Assembly (NCBI RefSeq): GCF_018350175.1 | Contig: NC_058382.1 | Location: forward strand, 15,004,001-15,068,000 | From: Felis catus | Lineage: Eukaryota | Direction of reading: 5' to 3' | Length of the DNA: 64,000 bases | Shown here: piece after piece, positions 55,360-64,000 of the stretch | How the letters are laid out: each line of letters opens with the position of its first letter | Position numbering within the stretch: the first letter of the stretch is position 1 | The notes under the pieces: generated by a model | The model's database searches: none | The model's input: only the letters and a program-made list of their open reading frames with translations | Told to the model about the DNA's origin: nothing | Position numbers and translations under genes: made by a program

Positions 55360-58300
55360 AGGCAAGTGAGGAAGGGGGGCAGAGAGAGAGAGGGAGACAC
55401 AGAATCCCAAGCAGGCTCCAGGTTCTAAGCTATCAGTACCGAGCCCGATGTGGGGCTCAAACTCACTAACTGTGAGATCGTGACCTGAGCAGAAGTCAGA
55501 CACTCAACCAACTAAGCCACCCAGATAGCCCGAACTGCTTACAAGTAGTTTAACTGCATCCCCAAACAACACTCAACAATATTTATAGGAATCCACAACT
55601 TGCTGGCCTAACAAGGTAAAATTCACAATATGTGGCATCTAATCAAAGATTACCAGGTAGGCAAATAAACAGGAAAACATGATCCATAATGAGAATGATC
55701 AATCCGTTGAAATTGACCCAGAAATGACCCAGATGTTGGAATTAACGAACAAAAACATTAAAAGAGTTCATTATAAGTGAATCTCAAACATTCAAAAAGT
55801 TAAGTAGAGACATGGATGATAAAAAAAAAAAAAAGACTCAAACCAAACTCCTAGTGATAAAAACTATAGCATCTGAAATGAAAAATACACTGGATGGGAT
55901 TAGTAGCAGGTTAAACACCGCAGGAAAAAAAGATTAGCAAACTTGAAGACTTCACCATAAGAGCTATTCTTAATGAAACACAAGAGAACATTTTTTTTAA
56001 CGTTTATTTATTTTTTGAAAGAGAGAGAAAGAGACGCACTGCGAGCAGGTAGGGGTGGAGAGAGACGGAGACACAGAATCCAAAGCCGGCTCCAGGCTCT
56101 GAGCTGTTGGCACCGAGCTAGTTGCGGGGCTTGAACTCAGAAACTGCGAGATCGTGACCTGAGCTGAAGTCAGACACTTAATTTAATTTTCCAAATCCAC
56201 AGATCCAAGAAGCTCAATGACTCCCAAGAACAAGAAATACTGAAAAAAAAAACAAAAAACAAAAAAACAAAAAACCTATGCAAAGGCCCAACATAAAAGT
56301 CCTGTTCAAAACCAATGATGAAAACAAAAATCTCACACGAGCCAGAGGCAAAACTACTTGAAGTACAGAAAAATAAAAATAAGGCAAGGGAACACAATGG
56401 AGCACCACTTTCAAGTATTCAAAGACAGTCAACCCAGAATTCTTTAACCCAGCGAAAACGTCTTTCAAACGTGAAGACAAAATAATGACGCCGAGAAAAC
56501 TCAGCAGCAGCAGACCCATATCGCCAAAGCAACATTAAAGGAAATCTGTGAGCAAAAGGAAAATGACATCAGACCACAATACGAACTGACAGAGGAGAAT
56601 AACGAAACCTGAAAATAGTAACTATGTGGGTAAATATGGAAGATTTTTTTTCTCTTGTTACTGTAAGGCTCTTCAGAAGGTAATTTGGAAAAAATAGCTG
56701 ACTGTTTAAACAAAAATACTAACAAAGTATGGGGGAGTTTAGGACACACGTGTAAGTGGAATGTATGGCAACAATGACGTCGAGGCCAGGAGGGGACAGA
56801 TGGAAATATATTCTCTTCTAAAGTTCTTTCATCTTTTATCCTATGTGAAATGACATATAAGCCAAAAAAAAGCAGAAGTCAGCAAACTTTTTCTAGAAAG
56901 GCCAGTTAAAGATTTTAGGCTTTGTGGACCCTACCGTGTCTCTTTTCACCTACTCAGCTCAGCACTTGTGATACAAAAGCAGCCACTGGCAACATATAAA
57001 TGACCCCTCATGGCTGTATTCCAACGTAACTTTCTTTGTGCAGTCTGAAATGTGAATTTCACGTAACTTTCACTTGCGGCAAACTATTCTTCTTCTCTTC
57101 TGATTTTTTTCAACCATTGAAAATGTAAAAACCATTCTTAGCTCACAGCCTTACGAAAGCAGATGGCTGGCCAGATTTTGCCTGGAGGCCACAGTTGGCC
57201 AACCATTTAAATAACAGAACAAAGAGAAAGTTAGTAAAGCCAGAGGGCCTGGCTGGCTCAGTCAGCAAAGCATGGTTTTGAGTTCTAGGTTGTCAGTTTG
57301 AGCCGCACGTTGGGAGTAGAGATTACTTAAAAATTTTAGTCGGTTGGGGCGCCTGGGTGGCGCAGTCGGTTAAGCGTCCGATTTCAGCCAGGTCACGATC
57401 TCGCAGTCCGTGAGTTCGAGCCCCGCGTCAGGCTCTGGGCTGATGGCTCAGAGCCTGGAGCCTGTTTCCGATTCTGTGTCTCCCTCTCTCTGACCCTCCC
57501 CCATTCATGCTGTGTCTCTCTCTGTCCCAAAAATAAATAAACGTTGAAAAAAAAAATTAAAAAAAAAATTTTTAGTCTGTTAAGCATCTGACTTCAGCTC
57601 GGGTCATGATCTCATGGCTCTTGAGTTCGAGCCCCGTGTCGGGCACTGTGCTGACAGCTCAGAGCCTGGAGCCTGTTTCGGATTCTGGGTCTCTCTCTCT
57701 CTCTCTGACCCTCCCCCATTCATACTCTGTCTCTCTCTGTCTCAAAAATAAACATTAAAAAAAATTATTAAAAAAAAAAAAAAAAGAGGGCACCTGGCTG
57801 GCTCAGTCAGAAGATCATGTGACTCCTGATCCTGGGGTCATGAGTTCAAGCCCCGCATGGGGTGTAGGGATTACTTAAATAAATAAAACTTTTTAAAAAA
57901 TCAATTTAAAAAGGGACATTTGGAAGACCTTCCAAATACCTTGAAACTAAATAACATACTTCTAAATATTCCACTGGCCAAAGAAGGAATCAAAAGAGAA
58001 ATTAGAAAGTATATTGAATTAAATGAAAATGAAAACAGAGTATATCAGAATTTGTGAGACTGCTAAAGCGGTACTACGGGAAATTTATAGCATGAAACAC
58101 CTATATTAGAAAAGAAAGGTCTCAAATGGATAAGCTCAGCTGCCGCCTTAAGAAACAAAAAAAAAAAAGAAAGAAAGAAAGAAAGAAAAAGAACAAATTA
58201 AACCCAAAGTAAGCAAAAGAAGGGCAAGAATGAAAGTCAGAACAGAGATCAATGAAATAGAAAGCAAAAATCCAATAAAGAAAATTAATGAAACCTAAGC

Positions 58301-59507
58301 TGGTTCTTCAAAAAGATCACTATTTCCTGAGTGCGTATTATGGGTCAAGCACTGTTCGGTCACTGAGGACAGAAGAGTGAACACAATGAACAAAACACCC
58401 AGTACAATCCGTCACAGGGGCCTTTACAACCATTGTCCCTTCTACATGGAGTGCTCCCCCCCCCCCAAATAATTCACTGGTCTCACTTTCCTGCTTTATT
58501 TTTTCCCAAAGACCTTACTACCTTCAGACATACCGTTTCCCTGCCTTTCTTTTATATTGTTTTTCATTTTTCTGTCTTTCTTCCTTTCCTCTCTCTTTCG
58601 CTCATTCTCACTTTGTGTCTTTCTTTCCTTCTCTGACCCTTTCTTTCCTTCTTTCTCCTTTTTTCCCTCCCCGCTTCCTTCCTGTCTGTCCATCTGTCCT
58701 ATCGATATACCCACCCTTGGAACGCAAACTCCACAAGGGTTTAAGCTTTTGTCTGTTTTCTTCACTGCTTTATCACAGCACCTAAAACGGGCCCTGGAAC
58801 CTGGTAGTGTTCAATAAATATTTCACACGTGAACCCTGCTATAATGGAGCTTACGTTTTCTCTTTGAATGTAAGATTTTAAGATCAGTGCTCAGAAGGTA
58901 GAATCTTGGAGTCAAGGCCAAGTATTAATTTTGGAAATCTAAGTCCCAGGCTCATAAAGCAGGAGCTAAGGATCAAAGATCATATTTGGAGGTAGGAGGT
59001 CAGGAGGGGGCTGTCTGAACTACAGCTCTAACAAAGGTCTCAGGAATAAGGTCAGGAAGATCAATAGAGTTTTGGGATCAATGGATAGGGATGTGGAGCT
59101 CTCTATGAACCAGAGTTCAAGAAAGGAAGATCAGAAATTAAGGCGCTAAGATCAAAGTTGGACAGTAAATTGCTTTTACTGAGGTTAGGGCTTGGCGGTT
59201 AGGGATCAGAAAGTCAAGCATCACAAGTTAGATTCAGGAGTGAAAGGTTAGGAAGCCGGGTTCAGAGACTAATAAGGAATCAGACGTCGGATCCTTGGGC
59301 CCGGTTTGGCAGCCTAAGGTTCACTCACGTGTCCCCATCCTCAGTGACGTAGCCGAAGACGAGGGGCGCCCACGACAGACCCGGGCCCAGCTCGGCGCCC
59401 AGCCCCGGTCCTCCGGGGGCTGCTGCGTCCGGACCCAGAGAGCCCAGTCCACTGTCGCACCATTCGTCGGCCTCCGCAACTTTCCCCAAGCACGCGACCC
59501 CCGCCAT
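51664..59507 (-). CDS. NFKBIB: NF-kappa-B inhibitor beta (IkB-beta), 6 exons; 1-bp frameshift in exon 3 as written
   Basis: DEWCDSGLGS degron, ankyrin repeats (TALHLA, HTPLHVA, RSPLHLA), PEST tail; 354 aa if one base is restored at 53868-53870. Confidence 0.95.
52478..52738 (-). CDS. NFKBIB: NFKBIB exon 5
   Basis: EPTCGRSPLHLAVEAQ..SSSSDSDSGDEG; GT-AG. Confidence 0.95.
52828..52916 (-). CDS. NFKBIB: NFKBIB exon 4
   Basis: HTPLHVAVIHKDAEMVRLL; GT-AG. Confidence 0.95.
53798..54130 (-). CDS. NFKBIB: NFKBIB exon 3 (333 nt; flanking phases require 3n+1)
   Basis: TALHLAAILGE..SYPD then frame change to DSEKEDDESEEDWKLQLEAENYE. Confidence 0.9.
54210..54315 (-). CDS. NFKBIB: NFKBIB exon 2
   Basis: ALHLAVIHQHEPFLDFLLG..LQNDLGQ; GT-AG. 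Confidence 0.95.
56874..57204. mobile_element. MER58B (hAT-Charlie)
   Basis: CAGAAGTCAGCAAACTTTTT..TTTTAGGCTTTGTGG..AAAGCAGCCA..CATTCTTAGCTC..CACAGTTGGCCAACC. Confidence 0.8.
57244..57900 (+). mobile_element. Nested and tandem Can-SINEs (short type, young SINEC_Fc, 5'-truncated SINE, short type)
   Basis: 57244-57335, 57346-57572, 57573-57786, 57787-57900. Confidence 0.88.
59329..59507 (-). CDS. NFKBIB: NFKBIB exon 1
   Basis: MAGVACLGKVAEADEWCDSGLGS; AC|gtgagt. Confidence 0.95.
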
Positions 59508-59959
59508 AGCCCCCGACGCCTCAGGGGTCCCAGCGGCCGCCCGCCTATAACTAAGCTCTGCCTGAGGTCCTGGCGCTTCCGCCCTGCGGGGAATTCCCCA
59601 ACACTCCCCCTGGTTTATCCAATCAGAGTGAGGTAAAGAGTACGCGCCCCGCCCCCTTACCACACCATGACCAATCAGAGTATTCAGATGGACCGCGACT
59701 CTCTACCCATTCCCACATTTTCCGGGCGCCCTTTACCAACATGGCTGCCGGCGCGGAGCCCTCTGGGACTCGTAGTCCTCCTGTCCGCAAGTCTTTTTAA
59801 CCTAAGAGCCGCTCCCCGGACGTTGTGTGAAAGCCTGTATGCATCCGCGATGGTTGCCGGGAGTTGTAGTTCTCTGCCTGGTCTCTGCCCCTCCTGTTTC
59901 CGGTGCCGTCACGGGACAGAGCAGTCGGTGACAGCACCGAGGGCCCCCGCCCCGCGCCC
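59508..59959. promoter_or_regulatory. NFKBIB/SIRT2 bidirectional CpG promoter
   Basis: Palindromic kB site GGGGAATTCCCC 59588-59599; CCAATCAGAG at 59619 and 59671; GC box 59647-59655; two ACTAC(N3)TCCC ZNF143/THAP11-type motifs on minus at 59764-59776 and 59855-59871. Confidence 0.85.
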
Positions 59960-59975
59960 ATGGCCGAGCCGGACC
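59960..59975 (+). CDS. SIRT2: SIRT2 exon 1 coding part
   Basis: ATGGCCGAGCCGGACC|gtgagt. Confidence 0.92.
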
Positions 59976-62900
59976 GTGAGTCGGGGGCCCCGGTGGGAGG
60001 GTCGGGCCGCGCCGGGGCCTGGCTGAGGGCTGCAGGCCCCGGGGCCCGAGAATGGGCATGGTGGGGCTGGAGGTTGGGGCTGCATGGCGGAGAGTGGGAT
60101 TGGGGGTACGGGAGGTCGTTGCCAAGTGATCCATCCTGCTAGATTGTTGGGTTTCTGGGTCGCGAGATTTTGAGGGTCCGTTTGCCACGTCCCCCAAGTT
60201 ACTAACGATCGCTGTTTCTCGCACCTTGGTTGCTGGGGACCCTCGTTGCTAAGAATTTAGATTGCCGCAGACCCGGTTGCTAAGGGTACCTGGTTGTTAG
60301 GGGGAACTGTAGGATGCTAGGGGACCCCTGGCGTCCCTCCCTATCTCTTCCCTCTAGTTCCTGCGTCCCCCCTAAACATACCATCCCCACTGCACCTCCC
60401 TTTCTAAATTCGTCTCTAGTCAGAGTATCTCTTCTTATCTCTTGTCTTCCTTTTCAAACTTCCCTCTGTTTGTAAACCTAACCCTCCCTGGATTCGCGCG
60501 CGCTCTCACTCACTCACTCACTCACTCACTCACTATTTCCTTCCTCACTTCTCCTAAGTCCTCATCCTGCCCTGTATGCCTTACTTTCTCCTCCCTCTCC
60601 TAAACCTTCCTGTCCCAGGCTCTTTGTCCCTCACTAACCAGTACTGTCCTGCCAGTACTGTCCACTGTAGTATCTGCTTCCCCCTCCATCCCTTCCCTCC
60701 CTCTGCTCCATTTTTGCCACCACCTCCCACCCCAGTATAATTAGGTTGGTGGGTCTTCTTGCCCCCTGCCTTCTGCTTTGAAGCCCTTCATTCCCCCTTA
60801 ACTGTGCCCCGCACTGTAACCACGTCTGCTCCCCCTCCTCCCCCAGCCTCTGACCCTCTGGAGACCCAGGCAGGGAAGGTGCAGGAGGCTCAGGTGAGAT
60901 TTGGGGAAGGGTGGAGGGAAGGAGAGAGATGGACTTGTTCCCACACCCCACACTGGGGGGGGGGGGAGGTGGCAGAGGGGAGACAGTTACCCCAGGGCCC
61001 TCAGCTCACTGCCCCAGTCCCTTACCCCAATTCCCGGTTCAGCCTCCTGGGGAATGGTGGATTCTGGGAATTGTCAGAGAGGGGTGTGCCCCCTTAACTC
61101 CAGGCCTGCCCTCCCAAACTTTTCTCTTTCCTTGCCCCCTACCCCTGTCCTTTCTGAACTTCATTTATGCTGGGCATGGAAGATTCAGGTATCCAGTTTG
61201 ATCACAGAACTCACAGATCTCATGGACAGGTGACTAGAAAGTGACCCTACAGGGTGATTCTGAAAGTAGCTCAAGGAAGAGTAAACTTTGTGGGGCCACA
61301 GGGATTCCAGCCAGTCCCTTCCCAGGAGGAATCCACAGGCTGGGCTAGGAGTCAGACTGAGATACAGACACATCACAGTGAGCGAAGAGGGACTTAGAAT
61401 TTTCTTAGGTAGAGTGAGAAATGGCACTCCACGCAGAGGATACAGCTTGTGCAAAGACTGGGGGACACGAAGGGTGTAATGTGGTCAGCAGTCAGGTGGC
61501 TGGGAGTGGTTAGCTTGTTATATTCGAGGTTAGCATTTATTGAGTCCTTATTCCAGCCAGGTACTCTGCTCAGTGCTCTGTGTACATCATCTCATTTCGT
61601 CTTCCCAGAATCCCTGGGGGGAGCAAGGCCTATTGTGGCCATTTTACAGATGAAGAGTCCGAGGCAGAGCTGTTAAGCGACTTGTCCTCTGTCCCCCAGC
61701 TAGAAGAGCAGGGACTGCTTTGCAACCTACAGTACCCGGCACGTTGCCTTCCAGATACCTCAGGGAGAGGTAGACAGGACACCTCACAGAGGCTTGAAGG
61801 CCCCACCAGCACCTCCGGCTCCCCCTTAGGCCAAGTGGCTCCCACACGCGGGGCAGGGCCCTCGAGTCCTTCCACAGAGCCTCACTGTCCGCTGCTGAAA
61901 GAATGCCAGGCCACCCACAGACGCGAGATCACTGTTCAGATGTAGGGCAGCGCCGAAGCTGGAATGCTTAAAGCCCCTGACAGATGCGGGGCAGGGCCAC
62001 GCTGAGGGGGTAAAAGCCTCCTGCCAGGCCAGGGCTTCTCCCTCGCCTGGCTCCTAGGGCTCAACCACTGTCACAGCAAAAGGTTTAATGTTCAAAAGGG
62101 ATCCTCAGTCCCAGAAAGAGAGATCCGAGGATGTAAATTGCAGCATTGTCTGTGACAGGCCAAAACTGGAAACAGCCCAAATGGCTGTCAGCAGACGGGT
62201 TAAATGAAGTATAGTGCGTCCTTACAATGCAACACTATGTAGCTTTTTTAAAGGAGGAGCTGGATCTGTAGTATATTGTTCTGCGGAAACCGCGAGGTGC
62301 AGCATCGTACTATGGTAGGACCCATTTCTGGAAAAATAGTGAGTTTTATAGGCAGAGAAAAAACTCTAGAGCGATTGCCATCCTGCTGTTAATAGTGGTT
62401 ATATTGACCCGGGGTGGGTGAGGGAACTCGAGGCAAGCGCCTCAAGTCGTACATTGTCTAGTGGCCAGAGTTTTTGCAAAGCTTATGTAATCTTAGAAAG
62501 CAATAATAATAAAACAAAAAATGTAAATACGTCTGGAAGGGCAGTTCCTACTCAAAAAGGCTTGGAACCAGAGCAGAGAATGATGGGGGAGGGGCTGGTC
62601 GGAGGGGTTTTAAGCAGGGGAATGAGTTGGTCAGAACTGTGGTTTTTGCGAGGTCCATTGCAGGACCCAGCCCTGCGCACAGCAGGTATCCGTTCGTTCA
62701 GTGGTGGATGGTTCTGGAGCAACTGCCAGGGGCCAGACCCTGTTGTTGGTTGGTGCTGGGCATCCGGCGGTGAACACGAAAAGTCCCCGCCGTCTTGGAG
62801 CTAACATCATGGCAGACTCCATACGCGGGGGTGATTGGACGGTTAGACTGGAGAAGCCAGCAAGAGGGGCCCTTGGGGCCGAGGGGGTGGTGGCCTGACA

Positions 62901-63898
62901 CAGCCAGGCCATCACCCCGAGGGCCGTCGAGTAGATCGGAGGTGAAGGCTGAGGCTGGGAGCTCAGGGAGGAGGCCAGGACAGGGACCCCAGAGGGGGAA
63001 CAGGCTGGACCCAGGTGGAGCCCTGGGCAGGGGGACACATCATGGCAGGAGGGCAGGAGAAGGAAACAAAGACTCGGGGACAGAAGCCACACTGAGCTAG
63101 GACCTAGGAGGAAGAGCAGGTTCAGGAGAGATGCTAAGGCCAGTTTGGAACACGGTGGGAAAGAGAGGGCAGGGGTCACTTCGGGGGAGGCATCCAGGAA
63201 GCTGCGGGAACCCCATCTCCGGGGACAAAGAGGTAGCATCATCAATGCCCGGGCCAAGGCCATGAGGCAGCTAGCCCAGGAAAGGTGGAGAGAGGAAGTA
63301 GGGAAGGCCCAGGACAGAGTCTCAGACCCGCCATCTGGGGGCCTGATCGAGGGGAGGAGTATACAATGAGATGGATGTGTCGGAAAGGTGGTGTCCGGGG
63401 CTTGGAGCAGAAGAGCCCAGGGCCCCAGGGTGAGGACCGAGGCGTTTCCACTGGCATCATTCACAGGAGAAGACTGGAGTGAGGAGGGCTGCAGGGGTGC
63501 CGGAACCCCGCCGGCTGCTGCTTGGAGCACCTCTCGTAGGTTAACCACTTCATCTCAGGTGGCCCTCCGAGGCAGTGCCCTCCGAGCTCCATTCCCGAGA
63601 TACAGAACGTCAGGCTCAGAACAGCCGAGAACGCACAGGCCTCTGCGCGCTCCTCGGGAGTAGCAGGACCAGGTTTCCAGCCCAGGCAGCCCACCCCAGA
63701 GCCCGCACGCCGGCCCCCCACCGCACCTCACTTCCTGGGGCCCACTCCCAGCCGGAGGCTTTTCCCCCAGACCCGGGTGCCACCCTCCCCTCTCCTCCCT
63801 CCCTCACCCCACTTCTGGGGCCTGCTCACCCCACCCCCACCCCTTCCAGGACTCAGATTCAGACACTGAGGGAGGAGCGGCTGGCGGAGAGGCCGAGA
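59960..63898 (+). CDS. SIRT2: NAD-dependent deacetylase sirtuin-2, exons 1-3 (continues beyond window)
   Basis: Exons 59960-59975, 60847-60893, 63850-63898 give MAEPDPSDPLETQAGKVQEAQDSDSDTEGGAAGGEAE. Confidence 0.94.
60847..60893 (+). CDS. SIRT2: SIRT2 exon 2 (47 nt)
   Basis: ccag|CCTCT..CAG|gtgaga. Confidence 0.93.
61540..62650. mobile_element. MIR (61540-61720), L1ME 3' fragment (62100-62520) and L2 fragment (62555-62650) in SIRT2 intron 2
   Basis: CATTTTACAGATGAAGAG; CAAAACTGGAAACAGCCCAAATG; TTTTAAGCAGGGGAATG. Confidence 0.65.
63850..63898 (+). CDS. SIRT2: SIRT2 exon 3
   Basis: ccag|GACTCA..GAGA|gtgagt. Confidence 0.93.
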
Positions 63899-64000
63899 GT
63901 GAGTATCTTCCCGGGAACGGGGTCCCTGGGGAGCCGCCTCGGGCAGGGATCCCATTTCTGCCCCTCGCCGCCACCAAAGGTGACGTTCAAAGTATGTCAT

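Larger units (their letters stand above)
54420..58320. mobile_element. Repeat block in NFKBIB intron 1: old L1M 5'/ORF1/ORF2 fragments (+) with antisense SINEs at 54420-54640, 55290-55531, 55990-56180
   Basis: L1 text (GATCCAAGAAGCTCAATGA, GAAATTAGAAAGTAT, GCTGGTTCTTCAAAAAGATC); SINE TSD GCTTACAAGTAGTT. Confidence 0.75.

Noticed and set aside
59508-59663. In-frame GTG extension of NFKBIB
   Set aside because: The GTG lies among the CCAAT/GC boxes, probably upstream of the transcription start.
62631-63548. 305-aa minus ORF in SIRT2 intron 2
   Set aside because: TTG start, Ser/Leu/Pro-rich complement of purine-rich, probably L2-derived DNA; no recognisable family or splice context.

Overview
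GC-rich felid (cat-family) genomic DNA, identified by dense SINEC_Fc-type Can-SINEs and syntenic with human 19q13.2. Gene order: FBXO17 (+; non-coding exon 1 at the ~4.1-5.0 kb CpG island, CDS 25998-30891), MRPS12 (-), SARS2 (+; 16 exons), CCER2 (+; 5 exons), NFKBIB (-; 6 exons) and the first three exons of SIRT2 (+). MRPS12/SARS2 and NFKBIB/SIRT2 are head-to-head pairs with bidirectional promoters. All exons were placed by hand on GT-AG junctions and frame continuity, against recalled human proteins. The rest is SINEs, L1, L2, MIR, MaLR LTRs, MER transposons and one 153-N gap. Top observations: (1) CCER2 looks like a third chromogranin A/B paralogue, with signal peptide, Cys loop exon, acidic body with dibasic sites, granin-like C-terminal exon, CHGB-like exon phases, a CRE+TATA promoter and a canonical REST site in intron 1; (2) an 18-bp-TSD-flanked chimeric retrocopy (LTR end + unique DNA + SINE) in FBXO17 intron 1; (3) a 1-bp frameshift in NFKBIB exon 3, real or an assembly error; (4) a possible in-frame FBXO17-SARS2 read-through fusion. 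No database searches were run; family and human comparisons are from memory and repeat boundaries are approximate.
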